Assembly: GCA_001600815.1 (NCBI GenBank)
Contig: BCKZ01000005.1
Span: 1,179,794 to 1,243,793 of the forward strand
DNA length: 64,000 nucleotides
Direction: 5' to 3'
Source: Alloascoidea hylecoeti
Taxonomy: Eukaryota
Every line of letters starts with the position of its first letter. Position 1 is the first letter of the stretch. The translations under genes and the position numbers were made by a program. Below the pieces are notes generated by a model. The model had not been told where the DNA came from, did not search any database, and worked only from the letters and a program-made list of their open reading frames with translations. Below are positions 48,239 to 59,939 of the stretch, one piece after another.

Positions 48239-49282
48239 TTAATTGGTAAATGTTTTCTTTGGATAAGGATAAGCAGGTCCATTTTCTTGAATACTTTGAG
48301 CAGCTAACCATTGGCCAACAGCAACTGATTTCTCTAGGCTTAATCCCTGAACTAAACCAGATAAGAAACCACCAGCAAAGGCATCACCAGCACCGTTGGT
48401 ATCAACTAAAGCAGAAGGATCCAATTGAACAACAGGGAATTCTTGAACAGTTAATTCATCAGTTGTATGATTATAAGTAACAGCAATTGTATTATCAATA
48501 CCTTGAGTGAAAACAACAACTCTTGGTCGTTTATGATTAACTTTTGGTAATTTAGCAATTGCTTTTGCAGTTTCCAAAACACTGAAATTTTCTTTTAATC
48601 CATGACTTTCAGCATAAGCTTCAGCTTCAGCTTCATTACCAATTAAATAATCCCAATATGGAGCAGAATCATCTAATGGCCCTTTAAAAAATTGTGGTAA
48701 AAATGGAGCACTTAAATTCATTGAAAAGATTTTATTTGTTTCAGCTGCAAACTCAGCTAATGCTTGAATTGCAGGTGGACAAACGGTTAAATGAAATCCA
48801 CCAACATAGAAAACTTTAGCATTCTTAACGTATTCCCAATTCTCAGGTTTTTTCAAATGTTCAAGTTTATAATGATTTGCAGCAGCTAAATCAGTTACCA
48901 AAGATCTATGAACACCATTGATTAATGCAGCACATTTTCCGGTTGGATAATCCTCTTGATACATATATAACGATTTAACACCTTCAAATTCATTGGCCTT
49001 TAATAATAAATCCGAATATTGATCTTTACCAACAGATCCAAAATAGGCAACTGAATTAGGAGGTAAAGCATATTGAGCACCTCTTGCTGCATTTTGAGCA
49101 GCACCACCAGCTAAACTTTTAACACCTTCAAATTTAACAATTTCTTCATAAATTGGTAGATGTTTTTCTTCTGCTAATATAGCATCATTTTCTTTTAAAT
49201 CATATTTTGATAAATATTTAGAATCAACATTGACCTGTAAATCAAGTAATGGATTTCCGAGACAGACGAGAGGATATGACAT
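48239..49282 (-). CDS. ADO1: Adenosine kinase
   Basis: GNPLLD, AGGAAQN, TGKCA, NLSAPF and the PfkB signature DTNGAGDAFAGGF. Confidence 0.96.
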   Translation of the reverse strand: MSYPLVCLGNPLLDLQVNVDSKYLSKYDLKENDAILAEEKHLPIYEEIVKFEGVKSLAGGAAQNAARGAQYALPPNSVAYFGSVGKDQYSDLLLKANEFEGVKSLYMYQEDYPTGKCAALINGVHRSLVTDLAAANHYKLEHLKKPENWEYVKNAKVFYVGGFHLTVCPPAIQALAEFAAETNKIFSMNLSAPFLPQFFKGPLDDSAPYWDYLIGNEAEAEAYAESHGLKENFSVLETAKAIAKLPKVNHKRPRVVVFTQGIDNTIAVTYNHTTDELTVQEFPVVQLDPSALVDTNGAGDAFAGGFLSGLVQGLSLEKSVAVGQWLAAQSIQENGPAYPYPKKTFTN

Positions 49283-50270
49283 GATTTTTGAAATACTAAT
49301 TATTTTTTTTTACTGATATAATTGAAATGTAAAAGAAGATGTGAAAAAAGAAGTTAATGTTGATCCTAAAAAATCAAATCTTTTTTTTCGACCGGTGAAA
49401 AATTACCCGGAGTTAAAGCAAAACTTCTATTTTCTGTAGAATGTAGATCTTATTACATCGTGAAATATGAGTTGATTCCTTCAACTTCTTTCTTAATCAG
49501 TTTGATAGGGGCTCTATACACATATTGAATAAAGTTAGGGATATTGGTTTCCCTATTGCACTCCACCGTTCATCTCAAACCGTTGTTTTGTTGAGCGAAT
49601 GCCTTGATGATTTTATCGAGTTTGAGATGATTTTTGTATTTATTTATTAGTATTCCGGAAAGAGTTTTTTACACTCGTGTCTGGAACTAATAATAGTGAA
49701 TTAATTTTCAATGAATAATTATTGTCATTAAACTGACTACAATAATCTGATCTATTTATCAACTATAATTTTGAGAATTATATGGCGTTTTCACAAAAAC
49801 CACTTCATGATATATTAAAATGAGGTAAGTTTATTGATTTTTTTTAAATTGTTTAATTAACCATACGAGAGATAGAAGTATTGGTTGTTTGCCAAACTGT
49901 TATCTAATTCGTCCATAAATGGAAATCGATTCTGTTGAAATTTCGATTTGTGCAAACTTCAAATTATGGAGTTCAAAAGGTCAATAATACATGTATATCG
50001 GTTATTTAAGATTGAATCAAATTTAATGTATAAATATTGCAAAAATAACATTAACTGGAAATAAGCTAATATTGTCATATTCATATTCGATGTAAATAAT
50101 TGTCTTTTATTAATTAATCTATATGAATCTATTTAAAAATTAAAAAAGGAACAAATAAAAGTATTTTAACGTTAAATTCACAATTAAAGTATTAATTTAT
50201 AATAAAATAAAATGAAATCGATTGATTTCCCATGGTAAAATGTTTATACATTCATAGTAAAAAAAATTGT

Positions 50271-51572
50271 TTAATAATATCTTTCATAAGTTCCTGGTTT
50301 CTCCAAACCAGCAGCAGTATAATAATCACCAGTACAAGAATCATGATGAAAAGTAAAACTTGATTCAGGTAAACAAGAACATCCTCTATCTAACCAAATT
50401 TCCGATCTAATTGGACAATTATAAAAAGGATTATGATAATAACCAATATCCTCAAAATAATAAATTTCAGATTTTGGTAAGAATAATGCAGCAGCAATTG
50501 TATGAATTGGTGCATCACCCCAACGTTCATAAAAGAAACCACCTTCTTTATCTAAATGTTCAAAATATTTTTTATATTTATCAGATCTCCAAAAATCCAT
50601 ATTTGCAATCTCAAAATTAGACCAAAAATGACATAAATTATATGAATCTCCATTATCATCTGATATAAATTTTAAAAGACTATCTTTATTTTGTGCAGAT
50701 GGATAATTTTTTAAAAATCTTTTTGTAGCATCCCATAAAGTTGGAATAGTTTTTTCATATTCATGTAAAGTAATTGTAAAACCATATGTTTTGTTATTTT
50801 CAATCATAAATTTAAAAGGATCATATGGTATATTACAAAAAGATCTTGTTGATGGTTCTACACGCCAATACCATTGATACTCTTGCATCAAAGGATGGTT
50901 AAAAAAGAAACCAGATTCAAACCGACACATGTGTCTATAACTAACCATATCAGCATACATAACACCATCATTTGAAAGAGCTTGTCTTTTCTCAGCAGCT
51001 TTGGCTTTATCAATATGTGAAGGGATTGACCAATGTTCTTTAGGTAAGACACCATACCTAGCTCTTCCAGACACCAATTTTGAAGTAATTGCAATAAATC
51101 TTTCAGTAAAAGGTACATCATTTAAAAAAACCCAATCATAATGAAATTTATGATTAAAACGATCTTCCATACCCATTATAGAAGGGATTATATCTGACAA
51201 TTCAGAATTTCTAACTAATGAAATAAAAGTTGCATTCATTCTCTCAGGCATTTGCAATGAATTATCAGCGGTAAACTCATGAGAGTTAGAGGCAAGCTCA
51301 ACTCTTTTGATTTTTGATTCAATATTCTTGGAACTCCGACCAATAACTTTATACTCTTCATCGATGGATCCATAATCCAATTCAACCCTTTCATCATGTT
51401 CTGATGTAGTATAAACTGGCGTTGAAGCAGGAGTTCTCAAAGACTTATTATGATTCCAATTTTTTGACTGTTGTTGTATTATTAGTATGATTAAGAGTAA
51501 TACTATTAAACTAGTATAAATATGTTGCTTCTTGAAGTTCAAGGAGCCTGTTTTCGGCCTGGCTGGCTTCAT
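50271..51572 (-). CDS. Alpha-1,2-mannosyltransferase, KRE2/KTR family (GT15)
   Basis: Type II anchor, NATFISLVRN, SYRHMCRF, YNLCHFWSNFEI and FYERWGDAPIH. Confidence 0.93.
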   Translation of the reverse strand: MKPARPKTGSLNFKKQHIYTSLIVLLLIILIIQQQSKNWNHNKSLRTPASTPVYTTSEHDERVELDYGSIDEEYKVIGRSSKNIESKIKRVELASNSHEFTADNSLQMPERMNATFISLVRNSELSDIIPSIMGMEDRFNHKFHYDWVFLNDVPFTERFIAITSKLVSGRARYGVLPKEHWSIPSHIDKAKAAEKRQALSNDGVMYADMVSYRHMCRFESGFFFNHPLMQEYQWYWRVEPSTRSFCNIPYDPFKFMIENNKTYGFTITLHEYEKTIPTLWDATKRFLKNYPSAQNKDSLLKFISDDNGDSYNLCHFWSNFEIANMDFWRSDKYKKYFEHLDKEGGFFYERWGDAPIHTIAAALFLPKSEIYYFEDIGYYHNPFYNCPIRSEIWLDRGCSCLPESSFTFHHDSCTGDYYTAAGLEKPGTYERYY

Positions 51573-52807
51573 TGAAAAAATTATAGTTTGAAGCAGTATT
51601 CACGTTGAGAAAACTATTCAGTAATAGTACAATCCCTATAAAGAGGACAGAAGCCAAGATACCTGAATTCGGTGAGAAAGGAGTAAAAGCCTGGCAAAGT
51701 TACCAAAGTTGGCCAAGTTAGCAAAAATAGCAAAGTCAACAAGCTTGCAGAAGAAGGAATTAGGACCAGGCAATGGCAGGCATCAATACAAACGTAAAGA
51801 GGAGTCACATGATCTTTTCAATATTCAGAATAATAAATCCTCCAGGAATCAGGCTGACTGTTATGAAAGAAGAAACCCTTTTACAATAACGAATGAATGA
51901 TAATACAATTAATGATTCAAGGAATCCAAAATAATAATTAGATTACTCTAGATATTAGTGAACTCTAACCATTGTGGAAATAAGATTACGAAAACTACAA
52001 TGGAAAATTTTAAGATTACTTTAAAATATTAATTGAACTTCAACTATCCAGATTCCTGAAGAACCATTTGAATAAAAAAGCTTCATGCAAAGGGAATTTT
52101 GAACATTTATATAGTTGATATATGAATCAGAAGGTAATAGTGGAATGTGGCAATGGCCTAACAAAGGCAGATTTTCTAAATTTACTTCGAATTTTTTTAT
52201 AATACAAAACTTCGGTGGTCATATTTCTGGAATGTCTTCATCGGATGATGTTTCCTCGTCTTTCTTGGATGGAGGAAAAGAAGACGCGAATTTTTTCTTG
52301 TAAGATTTTATTCGATTGGAAGCTCATTTATTAAACCATATAATCTGATAATCCGGGTAAGTTATCTACATAACTATGGCGAATTAACTGAAGACAAAAA
52401 GACAAATGATTCCTCATAATAATTAAGATTTCTATTTGCTATCTACGATTTATGATCTTAGCAAAGTTCTAATCCTTTGATTTTTCCCATCTGTTTACAT
52501 TCTGTTTATATTATTATGTATGACTGAAACTTTATAATTGATTTTATTTAAGACTTATATTTGCAACTGTATAATCCATATCACACAGCGCCTGTAACGC
52601 GTACACGGTACACGTAGAATTAGAAGGTAATAAAACTAACTATCAATTGCCATAAATTTGTTCTTTAAAGACAATTACCCACAGAAAAATAAGAATAATT
52701 GATTAAATATATATGCGATTAAAGATAAAATTATAAATGAAACGTATGGCAATATAAATGAGATAATGTTTTTTAATTAATTTTGAATTAAGAAAAAAAT
52801 AAAAAGA

Positions 52808-53977
52808 TTAGAATATCTGCCACCAATGTTTTTTTTCATGAAGATTTTTACTCAATGCTTTATATTGTTCCATTTCATCCCAACAATTTCTACCCCATTG
52901 ACAACCACCCATATTAACCAAAAAATCACGTTGATTAGCATTATAGAAAAGTCTAGTATCATCAGCATATTCTCCAGTACAGGCACCAGCAGGTAATGCA
53001 TTTAATTTACGTAATGGCAAGAAGGCGACACGACTTCGGATCCAACCTTGAGTAGAATAAAGAGTTTCTAAAGCATCTTGTTCTTTATGTTCCCATTGCA
53101 TGTGTTTTTGTTCATAGAAAACAGGATCCCACCAAATATCCAATAAAGCATCTGTCCATTCGCTTCTTCTAATTAGAAAACTACCTAGATTGAAACCACC
53201 GCAATCTTGAGTAATAATTAAATCAACTGGTTGTGAATAATCCACATTATCAATAACTGGGGCGATATTTAAGGGATTGAAATGTTCAATGTTTCGGTAG
53301 GTCTCCTGTTCAAGATTATTCAAGAAATGACTCTCTAAAGAAATTTGTGGTTCCATGATTAAAGTGTGCAAGTCAAGCCACCAAAACCATTCAGCTTCAG
53401 GAAATTGACGCATCGTTTGTCTAATAACATCGACTTTCTCCCAACTCTCTCTCCATTCGTGACTATATCTTTTTTTAGCGGTCAGATCTTTTATAGCAAG
53501 TTGATATCCGTGACGTTTAGCATATGCCTTTTTGTTCGCAATACTACTTCTTTCGATAGACCATTCTTGGGTCCCCTTCCATTTGTTAACACCACCGTCT
53601 TCATTGGCAGCCAACATGATGACAATATTACCTTTTTTCTTCTTTAAAACAGATGTTCCTGGACCTTCACCAATACCTGGCTGTGATACCCATTTTGGTG
53701 TTCCTGGTAATCCATGGGTTCCATGAAACCCTGTTCCAAAAACACTCCCACTGATATAGCCACCAGATCCAAATGGTAACAATGACCCTAAATCTGTGAA
53801 AAACAACAAGAATACAATAATAATAGATAGTATTAAAATTCTAACTTTATGGACAGCAAATAAAATCCTTAATTTATTGAAGAAATTTGAATTTGAAAAT
53901 AGACGGGATCGTGAACGTTTCGAACGAGCCGGTAAAGACTCCTGAAGGTTATATGCAAATTCTTCAGACTCTTTCAT
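52808..53977 (-). CDS. MNN10: Alpha-1,6-mannosyltransferase subunit (GT34)
   Basis: KRYSHEWRESWEKVD, WFWWLD, TQDCGGFNLGSF and WEHKEQDALE. Confidence 0.92.
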   Translation of the reverse strand: MKESEEFAYNLQESLPARSKRSRSRLFSNSNFFNKLRILFAVHKVRILILSIIIVFLLFFTDLGSLLPFGSGGYISGSVFGTGFHGTHGLPGTPKWVSQPGIGEGPGTSVLKKKKGNIVIMLAANEDGGVNKWKGTQEWSIERSSIANKKAYAKRHGYQLAIKDLTAKKRYSHEWRESWEKVDVIRQTMRQFPEAEWFWWLDLHTLIMEPQISLESHFLNNLEQETYRNIEHFNPLNIAPVIDNVDYSQPVDLIITQDCGGFNLGSFLIRRSEWTDALLDIWWDPVFYEQKHMQWEHKEQDALETLYSTQGWIRSRVAFLPLRKLNALPAGACTGEYADDTRLFYNANQRDFLVNMGGCQWGRNCWDEMEQYKALSKNLHEKKHWWQIF

Positions 53978-54661
53978 TGTTTAACATTTATCACCAAAAC
54001 CTCCCAAAGAATAGATTATAATGAAGGAGGAGAAGAGCCTGCTGTAGGTAAATTCTGAAATTTGTGAGTTCCGTTACCCGGAAATAGGAAGGTGTAAACA
54101 AAATCTCCCCTGTAAGATTATGTAAGCTTTTGATAAGGTTCATCATCCTTATTAGAATGCATAACATTGCATTGTAGACTTGTCGAAAAGTCAAAAAAGG
54201 AATACAGGTAATAATACTTTTCTTCAGGAAAAGTATTACTGAGTTGAAACATATTTTTTGCCTAGTATGATTCAGATGTTTTAACTACAGCAGCTTGAAG
54301 TCATTGATCTTGAAAATTTGATAAATATTTAGGAAAAAGCGTATAAAGTTGGTTACATAAAAATTTCTTTCTTTATGAGTTGAAATTATTTACCTACCAA
54401 TTGAAGTGCTTAGTTGTTTCCGAAGGCTCTAAATTATATGTTTTGGAAATTGAATCATAACTCCAACTGTAATATTGAGATTTTGGAGCTCGAGGTCTAT
54501 CTCTGAGTTAGAATTATTGAATATGTTTCTGAAGATGAAGATTCTACTAAGGCTCAACTAATTATGACTTTATATTCTTAATAATAAAACGGAAATAAAT
54601 TTACTGTTGATTCTATAAGACTTGATAACACACTTGTCCCTAACTTGAGATTATATTTCAT

Positions 54662-56326
54662 CTATTTGGATTTTTCAATCTCTTTCAAATACCATTTGGA
54701 AGTCATTCTTCTCCAACTCTTTCCCCATATAATAAAAATTATAAATGAAAAATTTGATACAAAACAAATTGCAGCACATAATCCACTGGTACCATCGATG
54801 CCCATTCCATCAATCCAATATTGGAATACAAATGTGAATATCATTCCAAGCATATTTCTAACGAACAATATGAATACCATTGTTTGTCCAGTTTGTTCAG
54901 GATAGCAATCTACCGAATAAGTCATTGAAATAGCACCACAGGCACTAATGCCAAAGCCCATAAATGCAACACCCAATACTGGAACAATCCAGTGGAGTCC
55001 ATGGCTTACACCAAGACCATACATCAAAATTCCTATCGTGTTGATAATTCCACCAATGGTGAGAGTCCATAATCTAAATTCGGGTTCATAATAACCTTTA
55101 TTTCTTCTGGTAAGATAAAGTTGAAACATATCGGTATAAGCGCCATAAACCATCCCAATCATACCTCCGACAAATGAAGCTAGATTAACCAATCCCACTT
55201 CACTGGTAGACCAGTTATAAGGAGATGTGCCCAAAAATTCAGATTGCGTTACAGACAGCAACGAAAGCCATGAGATTTGAATACCATAGAGGACAGAAGA
55301 CCAAAAAACAGCTGGATATCTAGCAGTTAAAAATGGAGTAAAAAATAAACGTATAATAGACTCATTACTACCTTGTTCTGGTGACCACAATCTCAGTTTC
55401 TCTTTATAAGTTTTCATTGGAATTACGCTACTGATTTGACCCAGTTCGATCTCACAATCAACTTTATCATTAGATAGAGCCACTACATTAAGTTTCCCAT
55501 TTTTGTGACTATTATGGCTTTCGTCCTCGGAATTACTTAAATTGGATCCGTAATTGGCACCAATATTTGGGGATTCAGTTAGTGAATTGTTCGAAGATGG
55601 CTTGTCTCTTTTATAAAGACTCTCTTCCATGCAAAAAAATTGAAGAACCAACAAGGCAGAATTTATTATTAAAAACCACCAAACGATCCATTTCCAATCT
55701 CCTTGACCTGTATAGACATATCCTGCAGCTACCGGAGAAAGATATGACCCAGCATATAAAGAAAACATATAAATACTTAATCTTCTTCCATGTTCATGTA
55801 AAAAAAATATATCGGTGATCGAAATCTGAATTAAAGAATCAACAGGAGCAGCACCGAAACCAGATAGACATTGATTAGCTTTTAAACTACCTATTGTTGT
55901 TCCAGTAGCAACAATGGAATTTCCGATTATATCAGATATAGATCCCATAAGGTAAACGGGCCTTCTACCGATTTTTAGAGCAATGGGTTGTAAAATTAGG
56001 CATCCCACTCCAAGAAATAAGAAACAAAGGGCAGCTGCAACGTTTAGAGTATTGTAAGTAACCCCATAATAATCTCTAAGGACATCATAAACAGGTGGAA
56101 GCCAATTGACTGCAGCTGCCAAAACGAACCCCCAGAGCCATACCAATGCGAAATGAAACTCCTTCCTAGCTTTTGACCAATTTAAAGGGTCATTTGGATC
56201 ATTAGAAGGTTGAGGAAAAAGGATAATGTCTTTATCTTTTTTAACATGAATGTCTCCAAGATCTGAGGTATTAGTAACATCTACAAGATAAGTTGTACCT
56301 GGGACAATTTCGTACTCTTCATTCAT
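54662..56326 (-). CDS. MFS transporter (HOL1-like/DHA1-related)
   Basis: PQPSNDPNDPLNWS, GRRPVYL, DIFFLHEHG and EPEFRL, with about 12 hydrophobic segments. Confidence 0.9.
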   Translation of the reverse strand: MNEEYEIVPGTTYLVDVTNTSDLGDIHVKKDKDIILFPQPSNDPNDPLNWSKARKEFHFALVWLWGFVLAAAVNWLPPVYDVLRDYYGVTYNTLNVAAALCFLFLGVGCLILQPIALKIGRRPVYLMGSISDIIGNSIVATGTTIGSLKANQCLSGFGAAPVDSLIQISITDIFFLHEHGRRLSIYMFSLYAGSYLSPVAAGYVYTGQGDWKWIVWWFLIINSALLVLQFFCMEESLYKRDKPSSNNSLTESPNIGANYGSNLSNSEDESHNSHKNGKLNVVALSNDKVDCEIELGQISSVIPMKTYKEKLRLWSPEQGSNESIIRLFFTPFLTARYPAVFWSSVLYGIQISWLSLLSVTQSEFLGTSPYNWSTSEVGLVNLASFVGGMIGMVYGAYTDMFQLYLTRRNKGYYEPEFRLWTLTIGGIINTIGILMYGLGVSHGLHWIVPVLGVAFMGFGISACGAISMTYSVDCYPEQTGQTMVFILFVRNMLGMIFTFVFQYWIDGMGIDGTSGLCAAICFVSNFSFIIFIIWGKSWRRMTSKWYLKEIEKSK

Positions 56327-57499
56327 TAATAATAATATTTGAATTTGAAAGTTTTCTTGTGATTAGAGTTTAATTGAATATTAATTCCAATTGTAAGTTT
56401 AATATAAATCAGTATTATTTGTTGAAGTATTGTAAGGTCTTATAATATAATTATGATGGTATAAGTATAGGAAAATTATCAATAATTGCTTTTGATTTTA
56501 ATTTGATGTTGGAGCCGTAAGTATGTCAAAGATTATATTGAATTCTGGATATAGCTATTTATACATGTTTAATATTTATCGATGAAAGTGGAGATTATTC
56601 AATAAAACGTTAACTTATATTTTCTCACGCGTATCTACGCTCCTGCTAAGCTTTAGCTTAACTTTATATGCATATACATCCAGAGTAGATTTTCGTACTA
56701 TAATATAATTTATAGTCCAATCGATAGGTTACTTAGCTATCGGTTGTTAAAACAGCCGTAAAATTGTATAGCCTTATCTTGTGATCGATAACAGAATTTA
56801 ACGTATCTCGTATGTAGCTGCCTCATGGAGAAATTTCGTACACATTATTATAATTAGGGCCTTGACTATTCAAAAAGTTATCTACAATATCGATTACGGG
56901 CTTGGCATACACCTGGTGGGGCTAAGATAGATTCATTAATATTTATCAATTTTTGTATTCATATACTGTACAACCACCAGTATGTAATTAAATATTGAAT
57001 CTTGCCATTGAAATATATATACATGTACATGTACACATTTAATTAGTAGTTCATCCTTTAATTAGTTTACTTTATATGGAAACAGATGGAGCGTTAACTA
57101 TTGTAAGGTTATAAAGAGTAGCCAAGTTGATCAGTAATAAAATATGGACCTATCTACGGTATAGACTACACAAATGAACCAGCTATGTAGCTATTACCTG
57201 ACAATTACTGCAAACTTTATAAGTTATAAAGGAAGTATTGACTAGAAGCTTTACAATCTAAGTCCGATCATCCATTATACGTTTTATACCGTTTTATTTA
57301 AGTAAATAATACTCTTTTCTCACGACGTATAAATATAAAATTTATCATTACATACAAATATAATTTAAATTTTCCGCTCTTTTTCAAATATCTTCTTCTC
57401 AATAGTAGTAGTTATTTACTTTAATTAATATACAGTAATAATGATCATTTCAAAATTTCATGCAAGATGCGTTTAAGCAATCCACCATATTGACTAAGA

Positions 57500-58135
57500 A
57501 ATTCAATCTTAAAGTCTATTTTTTCACCGAAAAGGTTGGATTCAGATAAATTGTTCCATCTGGTGGTTCTACTAATGTTGTGGAATTCTATGGCCAGAAA
57601 AAATCAAAATCACAAGGAAAAGTGTTTTGAAAACCGTTGATAATATTAACGACGGCTCATCGCGCCAGCTCTTTTTTGAAACCTGCACGGACATATAGAA
57701 CAAAATTAGAATAGATTAATCCCTTTCCATCTCTCTATAGAACTCCAGAGAACTCTAAGCTTTCTGTGAATGCCATTCTCACTGGGATAACGAACGGTAT
57801 ACTACACAAAATGGTGAAACTATAAATGTGTGTGTGTTCGAATTTATATGTGATGTATTCCACGTATATGACTGAATAAATTGATACCAAATCACGCAAA
57901 AGGTGTCGCACAGAAAATCTATTATTAGTTTCCAATCTTTCAAAAATACAAACGCAAAAAGAATTCAGGGTTGAAAAGCTGTATATTATAACTTATTTTT
58001 CTGATCTAGCAAAAAGTAGAACATCTCCTCCATATTAGGAAGCATATAAGCACAAGTTCAATACAACAAACATTAATTACGGAGGAAATATTGCAGTAGG
58101 ATCAAAATTATATATTGAGCCACAAACCAGCATGA
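57500..58135 (+). pseudogene. Decayed protein kinase (subdomains I-VIII)
   Basis: In order: SGGSTNV, GKVF*K, TGIT, CVFEF, HAKGVA/ENLLL (57893-57927, HRD segment deleted), YFSDLAK and GSKLYIEPQ (58099-58125). ENLLL, YFSDLAK and GSKLYIEPQ share one frame. Confidence 0.65.
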
Positions 58136-58345
58136 TCGAACATTGGTGTATTATGTGGCCGGTATTTACATTTATTGGATAATATGGCCTCTTATTTAGC
58201 AAGTACACAACATAACTGATAAATATTAATCAGAATGGGTACACCATGTAGTAAAATATTAAGTGTGCCATGTGGCCTAAATATACTGTATCAAACGACC
58301 GAAGATTATATGGTTGAATATTTAATAATCCAAGTGGGCGAAATC
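58130..58345 (+). repeat. TGGCCGAA-type array (about 7 degenerate units)
   Basis: catgatcgaac, tgtggccggtattt, tatggcctc, tgtggcctaaatat, cgaccgaag, tatggttgaatattt, gtgggcgaaatc. Confidence 0.6.
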
Positions 58346-58394
58346 AAAAGAAATGACTGCAGAAAGTTCGTAATTGTTAATGAATACAAATACC

Positions 58395-58710
58395 ATTATA
58401 GAGTGAGGTTTAAAGATCTGTTCCGAACTGATAAGTGTAATTGGATATTAATAAATACTCTTAGAGATTAAATGGTTATTTCAACTTTTAATAGATTATA
58501 AATGTTTTAAATATTTTTTCCTTAAATTTTCAGTAAAATCATAAATAACACCATTCATAGTAAAAGCACCCAGAATTTTCGAATTAGCAGCAATTCTATA
58601 ATCCGGATATAAATTTAATTTTTCATATTCTAAATTTTTTTGGATATCATTTAAATTCCAAATCCTAATAGTATGATATTTATTAACAGAAATGATTTTA
58701 TCATCAACTT
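58395..58710 (-). pseudogene. F-box/WD40 pseudogene D (3' part plus 3' flank; may extend to the gap at 59019)
   Basis: The reverse complement matches ~47170-47500, including about 80 bp past the stop (cacttatcagttcggaaca..gatctttaaacctcac). Confidence 0.85.
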
Positions 58711-59939
58711 ATATTCTTATAAATATCGTATAGTTTCTACTTTTAATATATATAAACCATCCAATATATTTTACATTTTACTTTCCATTACTGACATGAA
58801 ACATTTCCTAGAAGATATCTCGAGATTAAACTATATAAACCTAAATCTACCTAGAGGTAAATTTTACATGATCATGAACTGTAGGATCAAAAAAAACAAT
58901 TTTCAAATCTCGTACCCCTATATCTATCTTCATTGTAAAGTTGTTCTTTTCTAAAATTTAATTCAAACAACTTTTTGTTTTCTTCTGTTCCAAAAATTAA
59001 ACCAAATTTTACTGACAAANNNNNNNNNNNNNNNNNNNNNNNNNNNNNNNNNNNNNNNNNNNNNNNNNNNNNNNNNNNNNNNNNNNNNNNNNNNNNNNNN
59101 NNNNNNNNNNNNNNNNNNNNNNNNNNNNNNNNNNNNNNNNNNNNNNNNNNNNNNNNNNNNNNNNNNNNNNNNNNNNNNNNNNNNNNNNNNNNNNNNNNNN
59201 NNNNNNNNNNNNNNNNNNNNNNNNNNNNNNNNNNNNNNNNNNNNNNNNNNNNNNNNNNNNNNNNNNNNNNNNNNNNNNNNNNNNNNNNNNNNNNNNNNNN
59301 NNNNNNNNNNNNNNNNNNNNNNNNNNNNNNNNNNNNNNNNNNNNNNNNNNNNNNNNNNNNNNNNNNNNNNNNNNNNNNNNNNNNNNNNNNNNNNNNNNNN
59401 NNNNNNNNNNNNNNNNNNNNNNNNNNNNNNNNNNNNNNNNNNNNNNNNNNNNNNNNNNNNNNNNNNNNNNNNNNNNNNNNNNNNNNNNNNNNNNNNNNNN
59501 NNNNNNNNNNNNNNNNNNNNNNNNNNNNNNNNNNNNNNNNNNNNNNNNNNNNNNNNNNNNNNNNNNNNNNNNNNNNNNNNNNNNNNNNNNNNNNNNNNNN
59601 NNNNNNNNNNNNNNNNNNNNNNNNNNNNNNNNNNNNNNNNNNNNNNNNNNNNNNNNNNNNNNNNNNNNNNNNNNNNNNNNNNNNNNNNNNNNNNNNNNNN
59701 NNNNNNNNNNNNNNNNNNNNNNNNNNNNNNNNNNNNNNNNNNNNNNNNNNNNNNNNNNNNNNNNNNNNNNNNNNNNNNNNNNNNNNNNNNNNNNNNNNNN
59801 NNNNNNNNNNNNNNNNNNNNNNNNNNNNNNNNNNNNNNNNNNNNNNNNNNNNNNNNNNNNNNNNNNNNNNNNNNNNNNNNNNNNNNNNNNNNNNNNNNNN
59901 NNNNNNNNNNNNNNNNNNNNNNNNNNNNNNNNNNNNNNN

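Noticed and set aside
8192..49282. SAH1 and ADO1 as a metabolic gene cluster
   Set aside because: Functionally linked but about 39 kb apart with unrelated genes between. There is no evidence of clustering without synteny data.
54220..54560. Leucine-rich-repeat-like remnants
   Set aside because: Only scattered LxxLxL-like patches between stops, which is not supportable.
22950..58345. TGGCCGAA arrays as CRISPR-like repeats
   Set aside because: Eukaryotic context, 8-12 bp degenerate units, short spacers and no cas genes.
58963..59939. 347-aa and 323-aa ORFs across the second gap, and KIWFNFWNRRKQK as the Hop2 C-terminus
   Set aside because: N-gap artefacts. The post-gap peptide could equally belong to F-box relic D (WYELYKER..LELNW-like), so it was not assigned.
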